From: an uncultured Bacteroides sp. | GTDB lineage: Bacteria; Bacteroidota; Bacteroidia; Bacteroidales; GCA-2748055 | Direction: 5' to 3' | Length of the DNA: 64,000 nucleotides | Assembly (NCBI GenBank): GCA_964575865.1 | Contig: CAZNSZ010000004.1 | Span: 21,178-85,177 of the forward strand | In this document: positions 36,954-47,593 of the stretch, piece by piece | How the letters are laid out: the number at the start of each line of letters is the position of its first letter | Numbering within the stretch: position 1 is the first letter of the stretch | The notes under the pieces: model-generated | What the model was told of the DNA's origin: nothing | Database searches by the model: none | What the model saw: the letters and a program-made list of their open reading frames with translations, nothing else | Translations under genes and position numbers: made by a program

Positions 36954-39347
36954 ATGGCTCAGAAACCCGGCAAAACTACAAAATATTTACTCATCCTCTG
37001 GACACTATACGCGCTTCCCATTATATTGTTCATTGTCATCATGGTGATGATCGGGAAGGGAAAGATGGGATTCATGCCCGAATTCTCCCAGCTGGAAAAT
37101 CCGCAGACCAACCTGGCCACCGAGATCATTACCGAGGACGGGGAGATCCTGGGAAGCTACTTTGTGGAGAACCGGACCTATGTGGAGTTCGAGGAACTGG
37201 CACCCAACCTGGTGGACGCCCTGGTGGCCACCGAGGATGTGCGGTACTACCGCCATTCGGGAATCGATCTGCGCAGCCTGGCGAGGGTGGCGGTGTTTTC
37301 AGTGATCCTCGGTCAGAACGAGGGCGGCGGCAGCACCATCTCCCAGCAGCTGGCCAAGAACCTGTTCCCCCGCGATACCACGGTACGAAAGAGCAGCATC
37401 GGCAGGGCCGCGCACCTGGCCATGAACAAATTCAAGGAGTGGAACACCGGGGTGAGGCTGGAACGCAGCTATACCAAGAACGAGATCATCACCATGTACC
37501 TCAACACGGTTCCCTTCGGGGGGGAGTCCATCGTCGGGATCAAATCGGCCGCAAGGACCTTTTTCAATACCACCCCCGATTCACTGACCATTGACCAGTC
37601 GGCCATATTGATCGGAATGTTGAAGGCCCCCACCGCCTACAATCCCAGGATCAACCCGGACCGGTCGTTCCACCGGCGGAACACGGTGATCCGGCAGATG
37701 GAAAAATACGGCTACCTGGATCCGGAGGTGGCCGATTCTGTGAGCCAGATGCCCGTCCTGATCGACTACAACCTCTCCAGTCACCTTTCGGGTTATGCCA
37801 ATCATTTCAGGATGTTCCTGGCGGAGTTCGTGAACGAGGACAAGCCGCAGCCGCCGTCCAGGGATGCGGGGATCCTCTCCTGGGAGCGTTACAGGAGGGA
37901 TTCGGCGCGCTGGGCGGACGACCCGCTGTACGGATGGATCAACAAGAACTTCAAACCGGACGGCACCCGGTACAACCTCTACAGCGACGGGTTGAAGATC
38001 CATACCACCCTCAATTTTAAAATGCAGCAGTATGCCGAGGAGGCGGTTGAAGTGCAGATGAAGGGATACCTGCAACCCGCGTTCTTCAGGGAGAAAAAAG
38101 GGCGCCCCGATGCCCCCTTCGAGGATATCTCCAGGGAGGAGATCAGGGACATCCTCTACCGCTCGGTCCGGTGGACAGACCGGTACCGCTACCTGACGGC
38201 AGCGGGTGCCTCCTGGGATTCCATCCTGCAGGTATTCGATCAGCCGGTGCCCATGAGGGTATTTTCATGGGACGGGCCGGTGGATACGGTCATGAGTCCC
38301 ATGGATTCCATCCGGTACATGAAGCACTATCTGCGGGCCGGGTTCATGGCCATGGATCCCGCCACCGGGCACGTCAAGGTGTTCGTGGGAGGCCACAATT
38401 TCCGCTATTTCCAGTATGACCATGTCTACCAGGGAAGGAGGCAGGTGGGATCGACCATCAAACCCTTCCTTTACCTGCTGGCCATGCAGGAGAACTACTC
38501 CCCCTGCCAGATGATCCCGCTGGTGCCCATCACCTTTGAGGCCATCATCGACGAAAAGGACACCACCTACACCCCGAGGGCGCCCCTTCCCAACCGCTTT
38601 GCGGGAAAGATGGTATCGCTCAAATGGGGGCTGGCCAATTCCCACAACTGGGTGTCCGCATGGCTGTTCAAGAATTTCAATCCCCAGAACGTGATCACCC
38701 TGATGCGCAAGATGGGGGTGACCTCCTACATCGATCCGGTTCCCAGCATGATCTACGGCCCATCGGATATCTCCCTGGAGGAGATGGTGGGCGCCTTCAA
38801 TACCTTTTCCAACCGGGGGATCTATGTGAGCCCGCTCTATGTGACCCGGATCGAGGACCGATACGGGAACGTCATCTCTTCATTCGTGCCCCGGGAGGCC
38901 GAAGCGATCAGCATGGAGACCGCCTACCTGATGCTGACCCTCCTGAAGAATGTGGTGGACATGACCGGGCAGTACCGGGGGGACTGGTACGCGGGGACCG
39001 CCAGGCGGCTCCGTTCAGGGTACGAACTTACGGGGGAACTGGCCGGCAAGACCGGGACCACACAGAACCAGAGCGACGGCTGGTACATCGGGCTGGCGCC
39101 CAGGTTATCGGCTGCAGCCTGGGTCGGGGGAGAAGACCGTTCGATCCATTTTGATATGCTGGGGATGGGTGCAGGAGGGAACATGGCGCTTCCCATCTAT
39201 GCGGAGTTCATGAAGCGGGTATATGCCGATTCAACACTCAACATCACCCAGGAGGACGAATTCGAGCGGCCCCTCGATTTCTTCATCGATCTGAACTGCC
39301 CCGATATTGCAGAGCCAAACAGCAATTCCGACCTGAGGGATTTTTAG
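36954..39347 (+). CDS. mrcA: penicillin-binding protein 1A (bifunctional glycosyltransferase/transpeptidase)
   Basis: ATG at 36954 (the track begins at a TTG). N-terminal TM helix. GT51 motifs EDVRYYRHSGID and GGSTISQQLAKN. Transpeptidase motifs STIKP, SHN and KTGTT. Confidence 0.9.
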   Translation: MAQKPGKTTKYLLILWTLYALPIILFIVIMVMIGKGKMGFMPEFSQLENPQTNLATEIITEDGEILGSYFVENRTYVEFEELAPNLVDALVATEDVRYYRHSGIDLRSLARVAVFSVILGQNEGGGSTISQQLAKNLFPRDTTVRKSSIGRAAHLAMNKFKEWNTGVRLERSYTKNEIITMYLNTVPFGGESIVGIKSAARTFFNTTPDSLTIDQSAILIGMLKAPTAYNPRINPDRSFHRRNTVIRQMEKYGYLDPEVADSVSQMPVLIDYNLSSHLSGYANHFRMFLAEFVNEDKPQPPSRDAGILSWERYRRDSARWADDPLYGWINKNFKPDGTRYNLYSDGLKIHTTLNFKMQQYAEEAVEVQMKGYLQPAFFREKKGRPDAPFEDISREEIRDILYRSVRWTDRYRYLTAAGASWDSILQVFDQPVPMRVFSWDGPVDTVMSPMDSIRYMKHYLRAGFMAMDPATGHVKVFVGGHNFRYFQYDHVYQGRRQVGSTIKPFLYLLAMQENYSPCQMIPLVPITFEAIIDEKDTTYTPRAPLPNRFAGKMVSLKWGLANSHNWVSAWLFKNFNPQNVITLMRKMGVTSYIDPVPSMIYGPSDISLEEMVGAFNTFSNRGIYVSPLYVTRIEDRYGNVISSFVPREAEAISMETAYLMLTLLKNVVDMTGQYRGDWYAGTARRLRSGYELTGELAGKTGTTQNQSDGWYIGLAPRLSAAAWVGGEDRSIHFDMLGMGAGGNMALPIYAEFMKRVYADSTLNITQEDEFERPLDFFIDLNCPDIAEPNSNSDLRDF

Positions 39348-39377
39348 CATCCGGTCATTCTCCCGTGAAAGGGCCCA

Positions 39378-40736
39378 CTAGCCGAACAACAATCCGGGGA
39401 TCTCCCGGACCTGGCTGACTTCCACGATCTCCAGTTTGAACCGGGATGGATCGATCCTGTTCCGGTTCATGGCGGGAAGCAGGATCCGGCGCAATCCCAG
39501 CTTGTCCGCTTCGCCCAGGCGCTGTTCGATCCGGGTGACCGGCCTGATCTCCCCGGAAAGCCCCACCTCGCCTGCAAAGCAGGTGTAGGGATCGACGGGG
39601 ATATCCACCGTGGAGGAAAGGATCGCTGACACCACGGCCAGGTCGATGGCCGGATCGTCCACACGGAGGCCCCCGGCGATATTGATGAACACATCTTTGG
39701 TGGCCAGCTTGAACCGGGCCCTCTTTTCAAGGACTGCCAGCAGCATGTTGAGCCTGCGGGTATCGAATCCGGTGGAGGTTCGCTGGGGTGTGCCGTAGAC
39801 CGCACTGCTGACCAGGGCCTGGACCTCGATCAGGATGGGGCGGATCCCCTCCACATTGGCAGCGATGGCCGATCCGCTCAGCTCCGGGGAGTGTTGATTG
39901 ATCAGAAGTTCGGAAGGATTGAGGATCTCCCTGAGCCCTGTACCGGTCATTTCGAATACCCCGATCTCAGAGGTGGATCCAAACCGGTTCTTGCTGGCCC
40001 GGAGGATCCTGTAGAGGTGGTGCGTATCCCCCTCAAACTGAAGGACCGTGTCGACGATGTGCTCGAGCACCTTCGGCCCGGCGATGCTTCCCTCTTTGGT
40101 GATGTGTCCGATGAGCAGCACCGGGATGTGGGTTTCCTTGGCCAGCTTCAACAGCTGCGCCGCACAATCGCGGACCTGGGAGATGGTCCCTGCCGCCGAC
40201 TCGATCTCCTCGGAATAGAGGGTCTGGATGGAGTCAACAATGAGCAGCCGGGGCTGGTGCTGTTCCACCCTGGAAAGAATCTCCTGCAGGTTGGTCTCTG
40301 TCAGTACGTAGCACTGGTTGTCGGAGGCACCCAGGCGCTCCGCCCGCAATCTCAGCTGCTGCGGGCTCTCTTCTCCTGACACATAGAGGGTAGGGATGCC
40401 CGCTTTAAGCGCCACCTGCAGCGCAAGCGTCGATTTACCGATCCCCGGTTCTCCCCCGATCAGCACCAGCGAACCGGGGACGATCCCACCCCCGAGCACC
40501 CGGTTGAACTCCCCGTTCTTCAGATCGATGCGCTGCACCTGGTCGGGGACGATCTCCTCCAGCCTGGCATAGGGGGCAGGAGCCCGCTTTTCTCCGGCAG
40601 CAGAGCGGGAGGGCCGCTGGGGGATCCGCTGCTCCACGAAGGTGTTCCACTGGCCGCAGGACCGGCACTGGCCCAGCCATTTGGAAGAATCCGCACCACA
40701 CTGCTGGCAGACATATACCGATTTCGTTTTGGCCAT
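39378..40736 (-). CDS. radA: DNA repair protein RadA
   Basis: 452 aa. Zn finger CQQCGADSSKWLGQCRSCGQWN, Walker A GGEPGIGKST, KNRFG motif and a Lon-like C-terminal domain. Confidence 0.96.
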   Translation of the reverse strand: MAKTKSVYVCQQCGADSSKWLGQCRSCGQWNTFVEQRIPQRPSRSAAGEKRAPAPYARLEEIVPDQVQRIDLKNGEFNRVLGGGIVPGSLVLIGGEPGIGKSTLALQVALKAGIPTLYVSGEESPQQLRLRAERLGASDNQCYVLTETNLQEILSRVEQHQPRLLIVDSIQTLYSEEIESAAGTISQVRDCAAQLLKLAKETHIPVLLIGHITKEGSIAGPKVLEHIVDTVLQFEGDTHHLYRILRASKNRFGSTSEIGVFEMTGTGLREILNPSELLINQHSPELSGSAIAANVEGIRPILIEVQALVSSAVYGTPQRTSTGFDTRRLNMLLAVLEKRARFKLATKDVFINIAGGLRVDDPAIDLAVVSAILSSTVDIPVDPYTCFAGEVGLSGEIRPVTRIEQRLGEADKLGLRRILLPAMNRNRIDPSRFKLEIVEVSQVREIPGLLFG

Positions 40737-41221
40737 CAGCGTGATTTTTTGATCAGCGAAGTGGTGGAGTACCCTTCCAGCAGGGGGATGGTCACCACCT
40801 CTCCTCCCCGGGAGCGGACTTCGCGATACCCTACGATCTCTTCCTCCCGGTAATCCCCCCCCTTGACCAGTACATGCGGTTTCAGGGTCCGGATCAGCGT
40901 GAGCGGGGTATCTTCTTCGAAGACGATCACGTGATCCACCATGCCCAGTGCAGCGAGGACCTCGGCCCTCGAATGCTGGTTGTTCAGCGGCCTGTCCGGG
41001 CCCTTCAGGCGGGTGACCGATGCGTCGCTGTTGAGCCCCACCACCAGCAGGTCCCCCAGTTCGCGGGCCCTGGCCAGGTAATAGACATGCCCCCTGTGAA
41101 GCAGGTCAAAACACCCGTTGGTAAAGACCATCCGGTTGTTTGCCATGAAGGAGTCCGTGAAAAGGGCGGATGCCTGTTCAAGGGTGATGATCTTCTTCCG
41201 GATATGTTCGTAGCTCGCCAT
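40736..41221 (-). CDS. D-glycero-beta-D-manno-heptose-1-phosphate adenylyltransferase-like cytidylyltransferase (stand-alone RfaE domain II type)
   Basis: Start moved to the ATG at 41221 ([10 protein letters not shown]...), giving 161 aa. Motif [17 protein letters not shown] (HxGH) and VVGLNSD. The 333-aa track ORF is an out-of-context extension overlapping the next gene. Its stop overlaps the radA ATG (ATGA). Confidence 0.8.
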   Translation of the reverse strand: MASYEHIRKKIITLEQASALFTDSFMANNRMVFTNGCFDLLHRGHVYYLARARELGDLLVVGLNSDASVTRLKGPDRPLNNQHSRAEVLAALGMVDHVIVFEEDTPLTLIRTLKPHVLVKGGDYREEEIVGYREVRSRGGEVVTIPLLEGYSTTSLIKKSR

Positions 41222-41238
41222 GGCCTCCACCCCGAAAG

Positions 41239-42246
41239 TTACGTTTTTTTCTGCCGGGATACCATCAGCAGCAGGTACGAAACCGCCCCCATCAGAATGG
41301 TCAGGATCGAATTGGATTCGTGGGCCAGGATGGCATAGGCCCCACCCACCTCCAGGGGGAGGTCGTACACAAAGACCAGTCCCCGTGAGGTGATCCAGTG
41401 GTAGGCCCCGAATCCTGCAGTGACCGGAGCGGACATCCCGAGCCCTCCGATGACCAGGAGGAACATCCCGTCGATGAATGTGAGTCCCGCGGTGGCTTCC
41501 AGGGCGAACACCACCATCCAGGTCATCATGATGTAGAAGAACCAGATCAGGAAGGACTGGAGGATGAACTCCCATTTGCGCTCCATCCGGTAGACGGTCT
41601 GAAGTCCGTCCAGGATCCCCCGCATGAAATTCCTGATCCTGACCACCAGTGTGAAACGCCCCAGTTTTTTTCTCAGCAGATAACCCGCCAGCACCAACAG
41701 GGCCCCGGCTGCTGCCATCATCAGCCAGAACTGCCACGTTCCCCCGAAGGTGGCCAACACTTTCTGCATCAGTGGATCGAGCACCTGGTCGCTGAAAAAT
41801 GCCCCGAATTTTTCCACCCAGCTGATCAACAGCACCAGCATGATCAGCAGGAGCATGACCACATCGGTCACCCGCTCCACGATGACGGTGCCGATCAGGG
41901 CGTCCACCGGGATCTTCTCCCTCTTACCGAGGGTGACACAACGGGTCACCTCCCCCAGCCTGGGAAGGGCGTAATTCGACAGGTAGCCGATCATCAGGGC
42001 GTGGTAAGTGTTCCGGAAGGAAGGCCTGAAACCAAGGGGATGGACCAGCAGCATCCAGCGGCGGGCGCGGAAGAAAAAACTGGTCCCGGCAAAGAAGAGG
42101 GAAAGTCCGATCCACCAGAAATTGGCCTGCCGGAGGGTTTCCATCAGTTCATCCAGCGCGATCCCCCTGAAAGCGAAATAAAGAAGCAGCATGCCCAGAG
42201 CCAGGAATGCAGTTACTTTCAGGACTTGGACAATGGTTCTTTTCAA
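41239..42246 (-). CDS. flippase-like membrane protein (UPF0104 / lysylphosphatidylglycerol-synthase TM-region family)
   Basis: 335 aa, about 8 TM segments. N-terminal pattern [18 protein letters not shown]...L and RARRW match my memory of the family. TTG start at 42246; the next in-frame ATG is at 42192. Confidence 0.6.
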   Translation of the reverse strand: MKRTIVQVLKVTAFLALGMLLLYFAFRGIALDELMETLRQANFWWIGLSLFFAGTSFFFRARRWMLLVHPLGFRPSFRNTYHALMIGYLSNYALPRLGEVTRCVTLGKREKIPVDALIGTVIVERVTDVVMLLLIMLVLLISWVEKFGAFFSDQVLDPLMQKVLATFGGTWQFWLMMAAAGALLVLAGYLLRKKLGRFTLVVRIRNFMRGILDGLQTVYRMERKWEFILQSFLIWFFYIMMTWMVVFALEATAGLTFIDGMFLLVIGGLGMSAPVTAGFGAYHWITSRGLVFVYDLPLEVGGAYAILAHESNSILTILMGAVSYLLLMVSRQKKT

Positions 42247-42254
42247 AAGAGGGT

Positions 42255-42605
42255 TCAGTTTAGCTTATTGGTGGCTGTATCGGGGAAGATCAGTGTGGGT
42301 TCAAACCTCTTTGCCTCTTCGAACTCCATGGAGGCATATGAGATGATGATGATGATGTCCCCGACGGCCACTTTCCGGGCGGCAGGACCGTTCATGCAGA
42401 TCTGCCCGGTTCCCCGCTCCCCTGTGATCACATAGGTTTCCAAGCGCTCCCCATTGTTGATGTTGACGATCTGCACCTTTTCATTTTCAATGACATTGGC
42501 CGCATCCATCAGGTCTTCATCAATGGTAATGCTCCCCACATAATTCAGATCAGCTTCGGTAACGGTAACCCTGTGAATTTTTGATTTGACAACTTCAATG
42601 TTCAT
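42255..42605 (-). CDS. panD: aspartate 1-decarboxylase
   Basis: 116 aa. [23 protein letters not shown] contains the self-processing Gly-Ser site. Confidence 0.96.
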   Translation of the reverse strand: MNIEVVKSKIHRVTVTEADLNYVGSITIDEDLMDAANVIENEKVQIVNINNGERLETYVITGERGTGQICMNGPAARKVAVGDIIIIISYASMEFEEAKRFEPTLIFPDTATNKLN

Positions 42606-42629
42606 GACATCTGGTTTCCAGATACAAAG

Positions 42630-43472
42630 TTAAGTAAAATTCAAATTATCGATCAGCCTGACCTTCCCCAATTGGACAGCGATGCAGCCCACTTTGTTCA
42701 CAGGCTCGTCCCAGGCAGTAACTGGCCTAAGCGCTTTATCTTCAACGATTTCAAAATAATCCAGTTGCATAAGGGGTTGATTTTCAAAACGGGAAGACAC
42801 CCAGTGCCGCACTTCCTCAGGAGTCATCAGCCCCTTCTTTTCCCTTGCCAGACGGAGGGTCTGGTGAATGAACGGGGCCGCTTTCCGCTCTTCCTCCCCC
42901 AGCAGAATGTTCCTGGAGCTCATGGCCAGGCCGTCTTTTTCCCGGATAATGGGACAGGGGACGATCTCAATGGCCGGATCATACAATTGCGCCAGATGGC
43001 GGACGATCACCAGTTGCTGGAAGTCTTTCTGCCCGAAATAGGCCCTGGCCGGCCTGACCAGGTCGAACAGCTTGGTGACGATCTGTGCCACCCCGTTGAA
43101 GTGGCCCTTGCGCCGGGCTCCTTCCATCACCTTGTCCAGGTTCCCCAGGTCAAAGGTGCGGCGATCCTCCTCGGGGTACATTTCCCTGACCGGCGGGGCA
43201 AACGCGACACCCACCTGCATCGCCTGGAGCATTTCCAGGTCCTTGTCCAGTCTTCTCGGGTAACTTTCCAGGTCGGCGGGATCGTTGAACTGGGTGGGAT
43301 TGACGAAGATGCTCACCACCACCGCACCGTTCTCCTGTGCGGCACGCCGCACCAGGGAGGCGTGCCCCTCATGCAGGGCGCCCATGGTGGGCACCAGGGC
43401 AACGGTTTTTCCCTGATCCTGCCATGTTTTCAGATGCTTTGCAAGGTCCGTTCTGGTTCTGTAAACGATCAT
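42630..43472 (-). CDS. panC: pantoate--beta-alanine ligase
   Basis: 280 aa. VPTMGALHEGHASL and FGQKDFQQ motifs. Confidence 0.95.
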   Translation of the reverse strand: MIVYRTRTDLAKHLKTWQDQGKTVALVPTMGALHEGHASLVRRAAQENGAVVVSIFVNPTQFNDPADLESYPRRLDKDLEMLQAMQVGVAFAPPVREMYPEEDRRTFDLGNLDKVMEGARRKGHFNGVAQIVTKLFDLVRPARAYFGQKDFQQLVIVRHLAQLYDPAIEIVPCPIIREKDGLAMSSRNILLGEEERKAAPFIHQTLRLAREKKGLMTPEEVRHWVSSRFENQPLMQLDYFEIVEDKALRPVTAWDEPVNKVGCIAVQLGKVRLIDNLNFT

Positions 43473-43556
43473 GCCGATGGTGCGGGCACAAAGATAGATA
43501 AAAAGGAATCAATTATTTTTAGTAAATTTGCATGATTTCAAATTGAGGCGGTTCGT

Positions 43557-44366
43557 ATGGAAAGCAAAAAGGTTTTATTTGTTTCTCAAGAAATTACACC
43601 TTACCTGCCCGAAAATCAACTTTCCCTTATCAGCAGAAATTTGCCTCAGGCCATCCAGGAAACCGGAAAGGAGATCCGGACTTTCATGCCCAAATACGGG
43701 AACATCAACGAACGCAGGAACCAGCTGCACGAGGTGATCAGGCTCTCCGGAATGAACCTGATCATTGATGATACCGACCATCCGCTTATTATCAAGGTGG
43801 CCTCCATACAGGCTGCCCGCATGCAGGTCTATTTCATTGACAACGAAGAGTATTTCCACCGCAAACATACCGTGGCCGATTCAAGGGGAAGGTTTTTCGA
43901 AGACAACGACGAGCGGATGATCTTTTTTGCCCGGGGGGTGCTGGAAACGGTGAGGAAGCTTCGCTGGTCACCCGACCTGGTGCACTGCCACGGGTGGTTC
44001 ACCTCACTGGTGCCCCTGTACATCAAGAAAGCGTACCGCGAAGATCCCCTCTTTGCGGACACCAAGGTGGTTTTTTCCTTCTACGGTCATGGATTTGAAG
44101 GATCGCTGAACCAGGGATTTTCCAGGAAAGTCATTATCGACGGGGTTTCACCCGACCATGTCTCCATGGTGAATAAGCCGGACTATGCCGGCCTTGTTTC
44201 CCTGGCGGCACAATATTCGGACGGGCTGATCAAGGGGAGCCCTTCCCTGAAACAACCTGTCTCAGATTTGTTGAAGAAAACCGGGAAACCGTACCTCGAT
44301 TCCGTGGATGAGGAGAAATATGTGGATCAGTTTTCCGTTTTCTATGACAGTATCATCAACCAGTAA
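43557..44366 (+). CDS. half-size glycogen-synthase-like protein (GT5 N-terminal domain only)
   Basis: 269 aa. KVLFVSQEITPYLPE..., YFIDNEEYF and DLVHCHGWFTSLVP resemble the N-terminal Rossmann half of GlgA. No C-terminal half is present and the KxGGL motif is absent. Confidence 0.65.
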   Translation: MESKKVLFVSQEITPYLPENQLSLISRNLPQAIQETGKEIRTFMPKYGNINERRNQLHEVIRLSGMNLIIDDTDHPLIIKVASIQAARMQVYFIDNEEYFHRKHTVADSRGRFFEDNDERMIFFARGVLETVRKLRWSPDLVHCHGWFTSLVPLYIKKAYREDPLFADTKVVFSFYGHGFEGSLNQGFSRKVIIDGVSPDHVSMVNKPDYAGLVSLAAQYSDGLIKGSPSLKQPVSDLLKKTGKPYLDSVDEEKYVDQFSVFYDSIINQ

Positions 44367-44382
44367 TCATCGTTTTGGTTCC

Positions 44383-45741
44383 ATGAAGAAGAAGGATCTG
44401 TGGGTAATTGCAGCTGTTATCGGGCTGGTGGTTCTGGCATCATCCTGCCAGATCAGCAATCAGGAACTGGGCGAAGACCTCCTGCCTCCCGGCGACGATG
44501 TGTTCCTGTTTCACGATACCATTTTCGATATCCAGGCCTACCCGGTCCGGAGCACCCATGTGGCCACCTCGGAGATCAACAATGATCCGAATGCCCATTA
44601 CCTGCTGGGGAACTGGCAGGATACCATCGTCGGAAGCGCCGTGGCTTCCGTTGTGACCCAGTTCAACAACAACGCCAATTTCGTGGCCGGACCCAATATG
44701 GTGGTGGATTCCATCATGTTCTTTATGTACGTGGACGACTACGTGGGGGATATGGACCAGGAGCTCACCATCAGGGTTTATGAGTTCACCGAGCGGATAT
44801 GGATGGATTCGGTCTACTATTCCGACTATGACATGGAGGGCAAATTCAATCCGGTCCCCCTGGCTGAGAAAAGCTTCCTGCCGGTCAACGGGGACACCCT
44901 GGATATGCTGATCACCGATCCCGGCTTTATGGAGAAGTGGCTGGCACTGGAGGATACCCTCTATACCAGCAGGGATTCCATATTCAAGGATTATTTCAAC
45001 GGATTCTATGTCACGGCCGAGACCACCGCACCCGGGGGGACCATGGCCCGCATCCAGCTGTCCAACGACTACTCCCTGCTTTCGGTCAAGTACGCCAACG
45101 ACAGTACCGACGTGGATACCACTGCAGGCATTGATTTCAGATGGGCCCAGTTCTCCATCGATGAATTTTTCAGCCAGAAGATCAATCTGTTCGAGCACGA
45201 TTTCACGGGAACAGCCCTGGACGGTTTTATCGATGATGAGGAGGCCGGGGTGCCCTATTGCTATGTTCAGGGGATGGCCGGGGTCAATACACGGTTCCGT
45301 TTCACCGACCTGGAGACCTGGATGGCACTGAACCCCATTGCCATCAATTCGGCACGACTGATCTTTGAAGTGGTCCCGGAGGAAGAGAGCGGAATCCGGA
45401 TCGACGACCTTCCCGACAGGCTGATGATCGGGACCATCCTGGAAGATGAGACCTTCCAGCCCCTCTATGATTACGTGGTACTTGCGGAGAACGGCAGCCA
45501 GACGGCTTTCGGGGGCTACAAAACCGCCGTTTCACAGGGGATGTTCTACGATACCACTTATGTATACAGCTTTAAAGTGGGGCTCCATTTCCAGGCCATG
45601 GTGGACGGTACAAAGGAAGATAATGATTTCATCCTGAGGGTGGGGGACGGCCGCGTCAGTCCCAAAATATCCAAACTTTACAGTAACCTTCCCACCAACG
45701 AACACCGTATAAGGCTAGAGATCGTTTATTTAAAATTGTAA
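44383..45741 (+). CDS. lipoprotein, probably DUF4270 family
   Basis: Start moved to the ATG at 44383 (MKKKDLWVIAAVIGLVVLASSC, lipobox), giving 452 aa. The position after the short GlgA-like gene matches the synteny I recall from Bacteroides. Confidence 0.5.
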   Translation: MKKKDLWVIAAVIGLVVLASSCQISNQELGEDLLPPGDDVFLFHDTIFDIQAYPVRSTHVATSEINNDPNAHYLLGNWQDTIVGSAVASVVTQFNNNANFVAGPNMVVDSIMFFMYVDDYVGDMDQELTIRVYEFTERIWMDSVYYSDYDMEGKFNPVPLAEKSFLPVNGDTLDMLITDPGFMEKWLALEDTLYTSRDSIFKDYFNGFYVTAETTAPGGTMARIQLSNDYSLLSVKYANDSTDVDTTAGIDFRWAQFSIDEFFSQKINLFEHDFTGTALDGFIDDEEAGVPYCYVQGMAGVNTRFRFTDLETWMALNPIAINSARLIFEVVPEEESGIRIDDLPDRLMIGTILEDETFQPLYDYVVLAENGSQTAFGGYKTAVSQGMFYDTTYVYSFKVGLHFQAMVDGTKEDNDFILRVGDGRVSPKISKLYSNLPTNEHRIRLEIVYLKL

Positions 45742-45750
45742 CACAGCTCT

Positions 45751-47586
45751 ATGTGTGGAATCGTAGGTTACATCGGGAACCAGGATGCCTACCCGATTTT
45801 AATCAAAGGACTTAAAAGGCTGGAATACAGGGGGTATGACTCAGCAGGGGTGGCCCTGCTCAACGGGGAGACCTATATTTACAAGAAAAAGGGGAAGGTC
45901 ACTGACCTGGAGGATTACGTGCGGGGAAAGGAGACCAAGTGCTCCATCGGTATCGGCCATACCCGGTGGGCCACCCATGGCGAACCCAACGATGTGAATG
46001 CCCATCCCCATCACTCCGAGAAGGGCCTGTTTACCATCATCCACAACGGTATCATTGAAAATTATGCCATCCTGAAGAAAAGCCTGATGGATCAGGGGAT
46101 GAGTTTCTACAGCGAGACCGATACAGAGGTGCTGGCCAACCTGATCGAATACATCTACCTGTCGCAAAAAGTCAGTGTTGAACAGGCGGTGGGGCTGGCC
46201 CTCCAGAAGGTGGACGGCGCCTATGGCCTGGTGGTCATCTCCAATGAGGATCCCAACCTGATGATCGCCGCGCGACGCAGCAGCCCGCTGGTGATCGGTC
46301 TGGGTCACAATGAATACTTCATTGCATCGGATGCCACTCCCATTGTGGAGTACACCGACCGGGTCATCTACCTGAACAACGATGACATGGCCCTGATCCG
46401 AAGGGACGAACTGGTGCTGAAGAACCTGGGGAGCGACGGGATCAAGGTCAATATCCAGACCCTTGACCTGGGGATCTCCGAGATCGAGAAGCAGGGATAC
46501 GACCATTTCATGCTGAAGGAGATTTTCGAACAGCCCCGATCCATTCAGGACACCTTCCGGGGGAGGGTGTTGCTGGAACAGAATGAAGTGCGCCTCGGGG
46601 GCCTTCACAATGTGAAGGACCAGCTGGTGAATGCCCGGAGGATCGTGATCATCGGCTGCGGGACCTCATGGCATGCCGGCCTGGTCGGGGAATACCTGAT
46701 CGAGGACCTGGCGCGGATCCCGGTGGAAGTTGAATACGCCTCTGAGTTCCGTTACAGGAATCCCATGATCGGTCCGGAGGATGTGGTACTGGCCATCAGC
46801 CAGAGCGGCGAAACTGCAGACACCCTGGCTGCCATCCATCTGGCCAAGGAGGCGGGTGCGCTGGTACTGGGCATCTGCAACGTGGCGGGATCGAGCATCT
46901 CCCGGGAGACCCACGGGGGTGTCTATACCCATGCGGGGGCAGAGATCGGGGTAGCCTCCACCAAAGCCTTCACGGCCCAGGTCACCGTGCTGACCATGAT
47001 GGCCCTGATGATCGGTAAGGCCAAGGGGCTGATCCCGGAAGACCGGATGGCGAAAATGCTGTCCGATCTGAACGATGTACCCCTGAAGATCGAAAAGATA
47101 CTGGAACAGAATGAGGAGTTCAAGCGCATTGCGGATATATACAAAGATGCTTCCAACGCCCTCTACCTGGGGCGGGGGGTCTCGTTCCCGGTGGCCCTTG
47201 AAGGGGCGCTGAAACTGAAGGAGATCTCCTACATCCATGCCGAGGGGTATCCTGCCGCAGAGATGAAGCATGGCCCCATTGCACTGATCGACCAGAACAT
47301 GCCGGTGGTATTCATCGCCACCCGGGACGGTTCCTATGAGAAGATCGTCAGCAATATCCAGGAGGTGAAAGCAAGGAACGGTATTGTGATCGCCATCGTC
47401 ACCGAGGGGGACGAGACCATCCGGAACATGGCCGATCATGTGATCGAGATCCCCGTTACCGATGAATCACTGGTTTCGCTGCTGTCGGTGGTGCCGCTTC
47501 AGCTGATCGCATACCACATTGCGGTGATGCGCGGGTGCAATGTGGACCAGCCCAGGAACCTGGCCAAATCGGTCACCGTCGAATAG
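45751..47586 (+). CDS. glmS: glutamine--fructose-6-phosphate aminotransferase
   Basis: 611 aa. N-terminal MCGIVGY (catalytic Cys), two SIS domains and a C-terminal ...AKSVTVE. Confidence 0.97.
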   Translation: MCGIVGYIGNQDAYPILIKGLKRLEYRGYDSAGVALLNGETYIYKKKGKVTDLEDYVRGKETKCSIGIGHTRWATHGEPNDVNAHPHHSEKGLFTIIHNGIIENYAILKKSLMDQGMSFYSETDTEVLANLIEYIYLSQKVSVEQAVGLALQKVDGAYGLVVISNEDPNLMIAARRSSPLVIGLGHNEYFIASDATPIVEYTDRVIYLNNDDMALIRRDELVLKNLGSDGIKVNIQTLDLGISEIEKQGYDHFMLKEIFEQPRSIQDTFRGRVLLEQNEVRLGGLHNVKDQLVNARRIVIIGCGTSWHAGLVGEYLIEDLARIPVEVEYASEFRYRNPMIGPEDVVLAISQSGETADTLAAIHLAKEAGALVLGICNVAGSSISRETHGGVYTHAGAEIGVASTKAFTAQVTVLTMMALMIGKAKGLIPEDRMAKMLSDLNDVPLKIEKILEQNEEFKRIADIYKDASNALYLGRGVSFPVALEGALKLKEISYIHAEGYPAAEMKHGPIALIDQNMPVVFIATRDGSYEKIVSNIQEVKARNGIVIAIVTEGDETIRNMADHVIEIPVTDESLVSLLSVVPLQLIAYHIAVMRGCNVDQPRNLAKSVTVE

Positions 47587-47593
47587 CCATTCC

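Noticed and set aside
41222-41737. 172-aa upstream extension of the RfaE-like ORF overlapping the flippase-like gene
   Set aside because: The cytidylyltransferase fold starts at the ATG at 41221. The extension is G/P/R/H-rich and overlaps a convincing polytopic membrane protein gene in another frame.
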